A stretch of DNA of 64,000 nucleotides, from positions 113,894,001 to 113,958,000 of the forward strand of contig NC_042998.1 in NCBI RefSeq assembly GCF_006345805.1, written 5' to 3'. The notes beneath the pieces are model-generated. The model ran no database searches. It was not told the DNA's origin and was given only the letters and a program-made list of their open reading frames with translations. Position numbers and translations under genes: made by a program. Positions 25,125-37,729 of this stretch are shown piece by piece. This stretch comes from Octopus sinensis. Lineage: Eukaryota. Within the stretch, counting starts at the first letter, position 1. Each line of letters opens with the position of its first letter.

Positions 25125-26559
25125 ATGCATATATACGTATATATATATGTATGTATATGCATAAATGTATGTATTATATATAAATATATAAATTCATACA
25201 TTCATACTTACATTCATTTATAGGAGAGTGATAGCTTGAATTCCAAACAGAATATTTACATAAATGTTTTATTTAGAAAAGCACACAAATCCAACACAAT
25301 TCTTCAATCAGTTTGATGTTTCATAATAAAACTTCCTACATTTTCCTCCCCCATTTTTTGCCCCTCTCCTTCTTCTTACTCTCCTTATCTCTGTTTCTCT
25401 TTTTCCGTATCTCTCTCTCTTTTTATCTCCCCATGTCTCTCTTTCTCTCTTGTCATCTGTTTTGCTTCTGTCTGGCTTTCTTTCACCTCACTTCTGTTGT
25501 TAATTGTAAAACTCGAATAAACAACATCTGAGCTTGTAATATCACTATTTATTTCGCTGATAGCAACCATATTCGTTTCGTTGATACGATAATAGTTAAA
25601 GAATGTTTGGCCAACGGAAGTTGTATTTCATGGAAGTTATCATAGTTTTTAGCAGCCAATGATCTGTTCAAACATTTTGAACAAATAATCTTCTATACAT
25701 CGAAGAGAAGAGAAGCTGCCGCTAAGTTTAAAGAGAAATTCCTTCTAGACACATTCTTTACATCGCTTTCAATCTTCCAACGGCAAAATCGACAAATGCC
25801 TTCTGTCTATTTTGAAATTTTAACTTTTACACAGAAAGAGTCATGCCGTCACCGCCTTCTCGATTTATTTGTTTTGTTCGTCTTTCATTCATATCTCAAT
25901 TCTTCCATTTTGAGTAGGAGGGGCGGTCACTTGATTCAGTTTAATATTCCCAAAGCTGTTATTGAAATATATTCTCTCCACCCTCTTACTCACCAACCAA
26001 ATCTTTTTCCCCCATTCTGATCTTATCTCTTTTTTTCTTTCTAATTTTTCTTCTTCTCCTTTCCATACCCTAGCTTTAATTTCTCTTTCTTCTTTATTCT
26101 GCCATGGGTAGTTACTTTCTTAAAAAATTTGAGTTCCTGGCTTTTGAATAAGCTACGTCGTTATTTCCCACTTTGAATGGCCTCGGTATTTCAGCTAGTC
26201 ATGGGAGACAAAAATGCTTCAACATCCTTCGTCACGCACGATAACTGTAGGCGATTCAAATAAAAGCGATGCAATGGATTATGTGATTGACAAATAATCT
26301 GCCTGCACCTATGTCATCGTTCGGAAGCATGTTACAAAGAACACGAGAAATAGCAGTTAGCGTCTACGGCACGCCAGCACTGCCGGAAGTGGTAAGATCT
26401 ACTACCAAATATTGCAAGAGGCGTTAAACATGGGCAGAACTGGCGAGCAATATGCACGAAAGCAAGCCTAAGTTTCGTGAGAGGCGTGGATTTAGAGGCT
26501 GATCGTACCATTTATATTACAATATATATTTATGTACATGTTCAAAGTTTTTTTCTGGA

Positions 26560-28259
<1,700 letters not shown>

Positions 28260-28724
28260 CACACTGGTAATGCTGAAGTGACGAAAAACAAAACTGTAAA
28301 TTGCCCAATGAAATATATAACGGAAACAATAAAGGGACGCCGTTGACAAAATATAGTTCCACAGACGCTGAAGAATGTAAACCACGATAGGCAATATTAA
28401 AAATAACGCGTGCGCATACATACACGTTTACACTCTTCCTAACAAATGTATTCACACAATCTCCCGCACACACATGAACTGAGAGACACGCACGTTTTGC
28501 ACACATGTTCACTGCTATTGACACGTACGCAACGTAAACAACATATATGTATATGTGTACACACACACACACATACGGACATATATCCTTTTATTCGTAT
28601 ACATGTATATGTATCTATATATGTGTAGAGATGTATGTATAAATGTATTTATACAGATGTATATATTTATATATATATATATATATACATACACAGATAT
28701 ATATAAATATAACGTATATATCTG

Positions 28725-28779
<55 letters not shown>

Positions 28780-28781
<2 letters not shown>

Positions 28782-29205
28782 TGGGAAGATTGAGACTGAA
28801 AGAATTACGACTCTACTCTTTGGTGCGAGGACGGGAGATATGCAGTTAATTACTTTGATATCAAGAGTTAAACTAGACCCGAACTGGACGTCACTGCAGT
28901 GTTTCAAAGGCCCCAGCCGTCCTGTGTAGACTGAGGACCATGTACAGCAATAGCCTGAAATTCAAATGTCCATAGGTGTTTAGTATCTTGTCAAAAAATT
29001 TAAGAGATCTACCTGATGTGAGGGTAGATGTTTTTAATAAACAACTTGACATTTTGCTGTCCAAGGTCCCAGATGAGCCTACATCACTACAAGAATCGCA
29101 AAAGTGGGCACCATTATCGTATGCCCTTCTTCATCAGAAGTCATTGAAGAATGGCCATTGGAAAGGTGTGTATACTGGTCCATTCTAGCATAGCCGTGGC
29201 CCACT
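28780..29205 (+). mobile_element. CR1/L2-group LINE 3' fragment (decayed)
   Basis: RLKELRLYSL..GR and FSILSKNLRDLPDVRVDVFNKQLDILLSKVPDEP resemble the C-terminus of the LINE at 42824-44443. Confidence 0.75.
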
Positions 29206-29229
29206 AAAGAATGAGAGACTACAAATGCA

Positions 29230-29260
<31 letters not shown>

Positions 29261-29284
29261 ATCTATATATATATATATATAATA

Positions 29285-29546
29285 CTAGCAGTATCGCCCG
29301 GCGTTGCTTGGGTTTGTTTCAACCTTTTAGAATTGGAATTTTTGAAAAGTGAAATGGCGACACAGCAGTCAAAAAATCGTAAAAGATAGGGATTTTCATA
29401 GCAAAAAAAGCACCTTAATTTGGGGTGTTAACATGGTCCGATTTGAATTTTATCTTCTCGCAGGGTCTCGGAGGAGATAGTGTTAGTTGAAGACTTCCAA
29501 ACCTGCCACACACAGACAACTTCAGCTTTATATATATATATATATG
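29285..29546 (-). mobile_element. Non-autonomous Helitron, family 2
   Basis: Minus strand 5' TATATATAAAGCTGAAGTTGTCTGTG, 3' CCCAAGCAACGCCGGG hairpin-like segment then CTAG|T. Confidence 0.7.
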
Positions 29547-29625
29547 CATTTGTGAATTTGTTTTGCAAGATTCCTGATGTGAAACCGTGCGTTGAAACAG
29601 ATATTGTTGAATTTCGGGATGATAA

Positions 29626-29890
29626 TTTTTTTTGCCAAATAAACACGCACCATATACTCGTTCCTCAAACGTTTATAAATGTTTTTATTCTAACTCATGT
29701 CTATTGTCCGGAAATCGTTCATGACACATATCTGACCTTTTCAGCGACGCTTCTCTTCGTGTGTCGCCGAAAAGGTCACAAATGTGTGACGAAAGATTAC
29801 CGGACAATGGACATGAGTTACAATGAGAATATTAACAAACAAGTGAAAAACGAATAGATAGTGGGTGTATTTATTTGGCAAAACAAAAAA
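29626..29890. repeat. Imperfect long palindrome (MITE/fold-back-like)
   Basis: Arms ~29626-29748 and ~29763-29890. TAACTCATGTCTATTGTCCGG pairs with CCGGACAATGGACATGAGTTA, and TTTGCCAAATAAA with TTTATTTGGCAAA. Confidence 0.7.
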
Positions 29891-30478
29891 TGAAAATAAA
29901 TGAACATCCCGAAATACAACAATATATATATATATAAATTAAAATTAAAATTTAAACTTTTTATACTTGATTCGTTGGGTATGTTCATAGTAGTATGCCG
30001 GTAAAACACGCTCATTGCCTATGGCTACATGCGTCATCCACAGTAATTGGACAATCGTCGCAGGATCTATGCTAGCAATTTCTCAGTGCCTGTTGAGTAT
30101 ACTAGAGACAATGAGTATGGAATGTCTCTCAATGTATATTAGATACGAGTGCTATCAACATACTCTAGTTGAGATTAAGAGCGAAACATTACTTATGTAA
30201 CGAGAAACTGTGTTGCATCACCTGAAAAGAGCGTCTGCACCGTGAGATGCACCGTAATTCATTGTATAGCTTCCCACCCGCGAGGGAGCGATGCAAGATG
30301 TTGTGGTATCCATCCTAGAATTATTGTTATTATTATATTAATCCGAAATTATATCGGTACAACCACGATGCAACCCTGAAAAACTGACTTATTATTCAGT
30401 ATCATTAGACGGTAGCCGGTACAATGAAATAGGGGCTTATTTGCATAACCCTAACGTTACCGTAACAAATTTAAAGAC

Positions 30479-30540
<62 letters not shown>

Positions 30541-30810
30541 ATCTATGGATGGATGGATGAATATATATGTATGTATATCTATATATATATATATATATAT
30601 ATCATATATATATATATATACTAAGCAATAAAGGGTTTAGCAACGAATTGCCTTACCACATGCCGAATTTAGAAATAGCAGTCAAAGAGTTATAGCTATT
30701 TCTTCTACTAAAAGGGAGATCTCAGTAAAAACAGCAATTGGAAGGCAGACACAAACAGGTAAGAGAGAATGAATTGACGGCAATCTATCATACAATTTTA
30801 AGTTTCTACG

Positions 30811-30906
30811 ACGGACGTACGTTTCGAAATCAAGTTTTTAGGAAAGCATAAGAATTAAATATTAATAATTCTATCTTACCAAAACTTCTTTTCTCTTCAG
30901 CGTAGA
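30811..30906 (-). ncRNA. Type I hammerhead (long stem II), minus-arm copy
   Basis: TCTACG-CTGAAGA-GAAA...TTTC-GAAA-CGTACG-TC-CGTCGTAGA. A 3-nt duplication shortens the proximal stem I. Confidence 0.65.
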
Positions 30907-31242
30907 ATACTATAATCATAAATGATTATATATTGAATTTTGAGATACTAGAAGGCACCAACTCAACTCAGTATCAGAGCGAGCTAGAATCCGCAACTAG
31001 TATCACCAATCCAATGTGTGAATGAAAAGATTGTGTCACCAGCCCCCCTTCCCACCCGCGTGTAGCCAAAACAAGATGCTGTGGTCATCTACGCGGTGGG
31101 AAGGGCTGGTGACACAATCTTTTCATTCACACATTGGATTTGGTGATACTAGTTGCGGATTCTAGCTCGCTCTGATACTGAGTTGAGTTGGTGCCTTCTA
31201 GTATCTCAAAATTCAATATATAATCATTTATGATTATAGTAT

Positions 31243-31337
31243 TCTACGCTGAAGAGAAAAGAAGTTTGGTAAGATATTATTTAATATTTAATTCTTATGC
31301 TTTCCTAAAACTTGATTTCGAAACGTACGTCCGTAGA
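31243..31337 (+). ncRNA. Type I hammerhead ribozyme with 64-nt stem II
   Basis: Stem I TCTACG (31243-48)/CGTAGA (31332-37), core CTGAAGA 31249-55, stem II 31256-31319 closed by G-C, GAAA 31320-23, ACGTACGT palindrome, GUC cleavage after 31331. Confidence 0.85.
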
Positions 31338-31624
31338 TAACTTAAAATTGTATGATAGATTGCCGTCAATTATTCTCTCTTACCTGTTTGTGTCTGCCTT
31401 CCAATTGCTGTTTTTACTGAGATCTCCTTTTTAGTAGAAGAAATAGCTATAACTCTTTGACTGCTATTTCTAAATTCGGTATGTGGTAAGGCAATTCGTT
31501 GCTAAACCCTTTATTGCTTAGTATTACTTAAATTTTCCTCGAATGAGGCTTTTACATGCCGAAGACTACTTGGTGTAATTGATAATTATTCCAAATTAAT
31601 TAATTTCACCCTTCATTATTACGG

Positions 31625-31678
<54 letters not shown>

Positions 31679-31730
31679 CATATATATGAAAGTTTATTGT
31701 ATGTCTGTATGCCTCTATCTATATATTGTC

Positions 31731-31780
<50 letters not shown>

Positions 31781-31873
31781 ATATATATATAGTATGCAAA
31801 AAAATATCAAAGAAGGAAAATCACACACTTTACATAGTTTTAATATATTTTTTTATATATTTTATATTGTGTT

Positions 31874-31906
31874 TGTGGACCGGTTTCGCTTTCGCTAATC
31901 ATGACA
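31874..31906 (-). ncRNA. Degenerate minimal hammerhead in the Penelope 2 3' region
   Basis: TGTC-ATGATTA-GC-GAAA-GC-GAAA-CCGG-TC-CACA. Stem II with GAAA loop, ACCGGT stem III and GUC are intact; the core differs from CTGATGA at 2 positions. Confidence 0.45.
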
Positions 31907-32853
31907 TTGAAATTATTGTAATTTCGTATTTTCTCATGAAGATTTTAGTGCATGTTGTGTGTTGAAAAGTTTGTGAATGGATAATTCAACAAGTAAAAAA
32001 ATCTAAGGGTAAGTAATTGATGATCATTATTATTGGTGACAGGGGATGTAATTGATCATCTTTCGGGGAGGGGATAAATAAACATATATACACAAAAACT
32101 CAAAATTAAAGTAGTGAGATGAAATATGTACATTGATGGGCATGTGATCATGAATTAATATATATACTGAGATCAAAGTTGGTTATGCCTATATTTAGAT
32201 GTATTCTCTATTATTCGATGAATAAATTTTCTTTATTTAAACGTTCTTGTATAGAAATTGCTTCTTTGCACTGGTAGATGGAGAAAATGTGACGTTTGGT
32301 TGGATATTACTTGCACATCTCTGATGTGTTCACTCAAAGGAATCTGTCTGTATTGCGGGAACCGGATCTGTTCCTTACGTAGTGTGGTACTCTGTCTCAG
32401 TGTTATACATGTCTGTCCTATATAGTTATGTTCACAACCTGAGCAAGTTATAACATAAATTAGATTCTCGGAAAGCATAAGTGAAGTTGGTTTTATTTGT
32501 GAACCTCTCTTCTTAATTGAATAGGAATTCCAAGCCTTCCGGTAGGTTGGGGCATGCTCCACACTTTGAGCGTCCACAATTTTTAACCGTTGGTTTCGTG
32601 GTTGCTATGTAAAGCTTCGCATTTGTTAGAACTCTTTTCAGCGAATTATGTTGCTTTTTGCATTTGACGTGCTTATGTGCTTGCAGAATGTTCACTTTTC
32701 GATCTCTAGTGAGCATAGGTAGATTTTGTACAATAGTGTTGTATGCCTCATTGTTTCTAGGGTTGTGGGCTGATATATACAGTAGTGTTTTGAGATGAGG
32801 TGTGGTTACGTTTTGTTGCCCTAAGTGTTTTAATGTCTAATTTCTTAGCACGC

Positions 32854-32953
32854 NNNNNNNNNNNNNNNNNNNNNNNNNNNNNNNNNNNNNNNNNNNNNNN
32901 NNNNNNNNNNNNNNNNNNNNNNNNNNNNNNNNNNNNNNNNNNNNNNNNNNNNN
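32854..32953. other. Scaffold gap (100 N)
   Basis: Run of 100 N. Confidence 1.
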
Positions 32954-33756
32954 TCAATTCAAACGTCTATAAGTGATGGTGGATATAGTCTTTCAGTTAG
33001 TGTTGTTCTGAGGTCTTGAAGACGAAGATCCCAAGTATTTCTATCAGACACTATTGTGGAAATCCTTTTTGCTAAATTAAAGGGGATATTCTTTTGATAT
33101 GTTTCGGGTGGCATGAGCTAAACAGTAGATATTGCTTCGAGTCCGTTGACTTTCTTTTATCATAATATCGAAGAAAGGGAGCTAGTGTTTGCTATATTCA
33201 GTTGTAAATTGAATGTTAGGGCTTATATTATTCAGTATTGATTTAAATTCCACAAGTGTATCAATGGTCTTTTTCCAAATGATAAATCAATCATCCAAGT
33301 ATGTTTTCCAGTTCTCTCTTATATAATGTGAAATGGATATCCAAATGGATGCGGCACTTCATATATGGTGAGTTCATATATGATGTGTGATGGGGAACAT
33401 ATTAACATAGCATCCAAAAACTAGAAGTCTGGCAATTCTGGTGTTGAGTCTGTTTAATTTCATTAAATAAGAACATTGATGACAATTGAAAATAACAAGA
33501 AAAGTAATTACATCACCAAGTTACTTAAGGAAGACAACAACAAAACCGTCATCAACAACAAAGCGCAAGTATGGCTTTGTCGTTGGTTTACATTTTGTAA
33601 TTGTCCAAATTTGTATTTGGTCCCCCAGCAGTATAAATGGAAAGTTTCTTCTATTATAGCTTTGAGTCGTTCAGAGAGTTTACGTGAAATTCTTGAAAGA
33701 AAACTCTGATGAAGCAAATCAAATGGTTTTATTCGTGTTTTATGAATTATATTAGA

Positions 33757-34922
33757 CTAGCATTAAAGACCCGTCGTTGCCGGGTCATAGTGCTAGTGCA
33801 TGTATATATGTGTATATATATGTGTACATATTACATGTACATCTATATATATACATCTACACATAAAATACAAAATACAATGTTATATCTTGATATCGCT
33901 AGTGATAACAATACTCAAAATATATAACAGACTGGAATTGTTAGCCCGTCTCTTGTAATTTCGATCAATTGTATCTTTTCCTCCCGCTTGTATAGAAGTG
34001 TGGCTAGAATCCAGCCTACCTCTACTTCGGAAGGGGGGGGGCATTAAAAATTTTTTCCGGGACGTCCTACGTCCCAGATATAAAGGTAAAAATAAAATAT
34101 TTCCACTTTGCAAGTTCGAGTCGAGTACTCCCTTGCAAGCTCCGTTGACTCGAACCTTGCTTCTATTGTGGCGAATTTACCGCTTCTGATTAGATACCTT
34201 TCATAGTCGCACCAAGACACTTTTCGAAGGTGCTTTCCTCCATGTGTTCAAATCTTTTTTCTCTACATTGTATACTTTATAGACAATAGTCTTTTCTTTA
34301 ATTTAATTTTTTATTATCCATCTGGACTATTCCATTTCTGTACGCTAATTTTATTTGTAATTTATTCCCATTCATATGAAACCACTTATTCAAGTTCAAA
34401 TCATTGATGCAATTTTATACCAATTGCTATTTTTACTTTTGTTATGTTACTTTAGTATGATTTTAATTATTACTTACTACATATAATTCAATTGTTATTA
34501 TTATTTTTATTGTTAAAGTGAAAGTATCTGACATAAAATAGAGAAACGTTTTTGTTCCACTTTTAACACGCAATACTGAAATAGTGGAGAAGATATCATA
34601 TTGCTATGGGCTCACTCTAGGCAAGAAGTTGAACATTTTTTTGCCCATGAAACTACATGGACCCTAATTAAGGCACGTGTAAAATTTGAATGGAATTGGT
34701 TGTGTAGTTCTCAAGTTTTAGGGAATCGTAGTGGAGAAGATATGATATTGCTGTGGGCTCGCACTAGGCAAAAAGTTAAAAAAATTTTTTGCCGATGACA
34801 CTCCCCGGACCCTAAGTAAGGCATGTGTAAAATTTGAATGAAATTGGTAGTGTAGCTCTCAAGTTTTAGGGAAACACACAGACAGACAGACAGACACATT
34901 CTCAGTTTTATATATATAAAGA
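33757..34922 (-). mobile_element. Non-autonomous Helitron, family 1, copy 2 (complete ends)
   Basis: A|TC 5' end at 34922, GACCCG-GCAACGA-CGGGTC hairpin, CTAG|T 3' end at 33757, inserted in AT without TSD. Collinear with 16840-17971. Confidence 0.9.
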
Positions 34923-35403
34923 TGATGAAATCATGCTAAATGGTAAAATGTGTGGTAAATTTCAGGACCAATTTCCGAAATCCGTAGAAACGCACGAGAA
35001 TGTAACAATCCTATATTTCTATAAGGATTCATCTGTTGGTGATGACTAACTCAAAAATTGGATATCTGGAATTGAATGAATTGTTAAGTTGGGTAATTCC
35101 TGCATTCAACTGAAAAATCAGAAATGAAACATTTCATGAAGATTAATATACTTTTCAAATAACAAAAGTCATATTAAGAAATACTAAATTTCTAAATCTC
35201 TCGTAGAGACATGTACGGTGGTGGGGCGATAGAATGGTTGTATACTGTCAATCTAACACGAACGTGACACTAGGTGGGGTACACCACCGCTGTATAGCCC
35301 TAGGAAGCATCGACGCCTCCTGATGGCTTTGACACATTTTCCCCTGTGTCCTTATATACATTTCCGAAGGGGAGACAAACACCCCCGGCCGCCGGAGCTG
35401 CAT

Positions 35404-35446
35404 CTAGGGACACGTGTTTCAGGATCATTGTCCTTCATCGGCCTAG
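35404..35446 (-). ncRNA. Minimal type I hammerhead, CCGAUGA (U4C) core variant
   Basis: CTAGG-CCGATGA-AGGA-caatga-TCCT-GAAA-CACGTG-TC-CCTAG. All three stems pair perfectly; ACACGTGT palindrome; GUC triplet. Confidence 0.75.
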
Positions 35447-35890
35447 TCATAACTAATTTTCTCATTGAAGGACATCTTAGAAGATTCGGTAAGTAGTTCA
35501 GTCAGACTTCTGTGATTGCAAAGGGTAAAGTAGAATCTAATTGTCACAAGATGGGAACTTACATAAAGTGAATGTAGGGAGAGAAGAGTAGATGTGTAAC
35601 ATCGACTCTTCTAGGAAATGTTAGAGTTTAATAATGTTCCAAAGTTAATAAGCGTGTAAATGTATCAATAACTCACGTGCCACGTGCTTGGCTGGTCGCA
35701 TTTCTATTTAAACAAAGATACTGACTGATAACAGAAAGAATAGATTTTTTTTTCAAACAAGAAGAAATCAACTGCAGAATATCTACAATAGCTACAAAAA
35801 TCTCTATATAGGCGATACATACGTATGTATCTATTTCTGTATGTATGTATGTATCTATATGCATATATGTACACACACACAAACACGCAG

Positions 35891-35930
<40 letters not shown>

Positions 35931-36154
35931 AGACACACACACACATACACACACACATATATATACATACATATATGCATATATATATACATATATACAC
36001 ATATACTAATATATAAGTTTTATATACATATATATATACACATACGCACATATATATATATATATATATACATACTAACGTACATGCATAAATACACACA
36101 CAAACATACACACGTGCACTCATACACACACACACACACTCACACACACACAAC

Positions 36155-36203
<49 letters not shown>

Positions 36204-36757
36204 CATACATACACACACGCACACACACACACACATATATGGCATTCCCCAGTATTCTGCTATTTAAGAAACATGTTCAAGGCACGTCAAACAATTAATT
36301 ACAACAAACAAGTAGGTTTTATACAATATTACACGAAAATGAATAGAATATGATTTTTGTCTTGAAAATCCAGGTGCATATTAATCAGTAAGTTTATATA
36401 ATCCTCTTATGAACGTAGCTGCTCATTGTTGAGTTCAAGCAACTAATTTTCATCGTCGTTGTCTATTAATTTATAAAGATTTTTGTTGCAATTTAGCAGA
36501 TTACACGGAAAACAATATTGGTTCTGATTGTCATTTCGTTAAAATAAATAAAAAAAAAAGAAAGCGAAAAATTTGTAAACTTAAATTTCAAATGCCTTTC
36601 CTTTTTTTTTTATTTGCATTAGACTTTATTATTAGCGTTTTTCAAAATATATTTCTCGATAATATTGTGTTCGTTGTCTTGGCATCTTGCCAGTTTTTAC
36701 CAAATTATTTCTTAATATTTTGAGTGTGACAAGAAAGGGAAAATAATTAAAAGTAGT

Positions 36758-37473
36758 AAACATGTGGCAGCAAAAACGAAACAGTCTCATATATTGTGAG
36801 TGAGTGTACCAAGCTGGTCCAAAAGCACTACAAAAGGGGGTACGATAATGTGGTTAAGTTTATTCACTGGAGACTGTGTGTAAAGTGCAGTCTGGGCACA
36901 GCACAGAAATGGTGCAAACATGAACCAGAAGATGTCTCTGAAGAACAATGATTATAAGATCCCGTGGGAGTTACAGTCCAATGTAATCCCCTTAATCGAT
37001 GCTCGGAGACCAAACATTATTGTAATGAATAAGAGAAAAGGAAACCAAGATCACAGATATTGCTATACCTGGGGATGCACGCATAGATCACAAAGAGTTG
37101 GAAAAGATGGAGAAATACAGACTGCTAAAAGACGAAATCGCAAGAATGTGGGCAAAGGGGGAGAGTAACTGTTATCCCACTAGTTGTAGGAGCATTCGGA
37201 GCTCTAACTACCAGGTTCAAGAATTATGTCATAAAAAATGGAATTGGCATGAGGCAGAGCAGGCCTAAAAAAGCTTCTCAATTGGGTAATAGATAGGATT
37301 TTGAAATTGGTACTTAGGTGTTGTGTGTTTTCTACAATAAGTTGACATCCAAATACCAAAGCTTATAGCTTGCGGAAAGAGACCCTGTGAGACCTTTGAC
37401 AACTGGTTGCTATCACCTCTCTCTCAGAATCAACCAGAGTAAGTACGACCAAGAATAAAATAATAATAATGAT

Positions 37474-37545
<72 letters not shown>
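36758..37545 (+). mobile_element. R4/Dong-clade LINE 3' fragment (zinc knuckle + restriction-like endonuclease) with (TAA)n tail
   Basis: CGSKNETVSYIVSECTKL...IHWRLC, RRPNIIV...DIAIPGDARIDHKELEKMEKY. (TAA)n at ~37459-37545. Confidence 0.85.
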
Positions 37546-37546
<1 letters not shown>

Positions 37547-37728
37547 GTTTCAAATTCTGGTACAAAGACAGCAATTTCGAGGAGGGGCTAGGTCGATTAC
37601 ATTAACTGGTACTTACTTTATCGACCAGAAAATGATGAATTGTAAAGCCGACCTCGGCAGAATTTGAACTCAGCACGTAAACATGGACGAAATGCTATCA
37701 TACAATTTCCTGGCGTGCTAACGATTTT
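37546..37728 (-). mobile_element. SINE type A (diverged)
   Basis: Reverse complement TCGTTAGCACGCC...GAGTTCAAATTCTGCCGAGGTCGGC...GTCGATAAAGTAAGTACC. Confidence 0.75.
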
Positions 37729-37729
37729 G

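Larger units (their letters stand above)
30618..31628. mobile_element. Fold-back copy of the ~600-bp hammerhead-bearing unit (minus arm 30618-31092, plus arm 31089-31628) in (TA)n
   Basis: Arms are reverse complements over ~440 bp and join at a CTAC microhomology (31089-31092). Same unit as 41011-42440. No ORF. Confidence 0.9.
31860..33400 (-). mobile_element. Penelope-like element 2 (RT + GIY-YIG remnant, 5'-truncated, spans the gap)
   Basis: Minus strand ENWKTYLDD*FIIW...PNIQFTTE...LPFFDI...SSCHPKH...NIPFNLAKRISTIVSD, CGRSKCGACP, NLIYVITCSGCEHNYIGQT (GIY-YIG). Confidence 0.9.

Noticed and set aside
26125-26500. Mariner-TIR-like GAGTTCCTGGCTTTTG
   Set aside because: No matching second TIR or transposase motif found.
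31540-31564. Second hammerhead-like motif in the 600-bp unit (CGAATGA-GGC-ttttacat-GCC-GAAG)
   Set aside because: The core deviates at two essential positions, GAAA is GAAG, and no stem I, stem III or NUH site can be formed.
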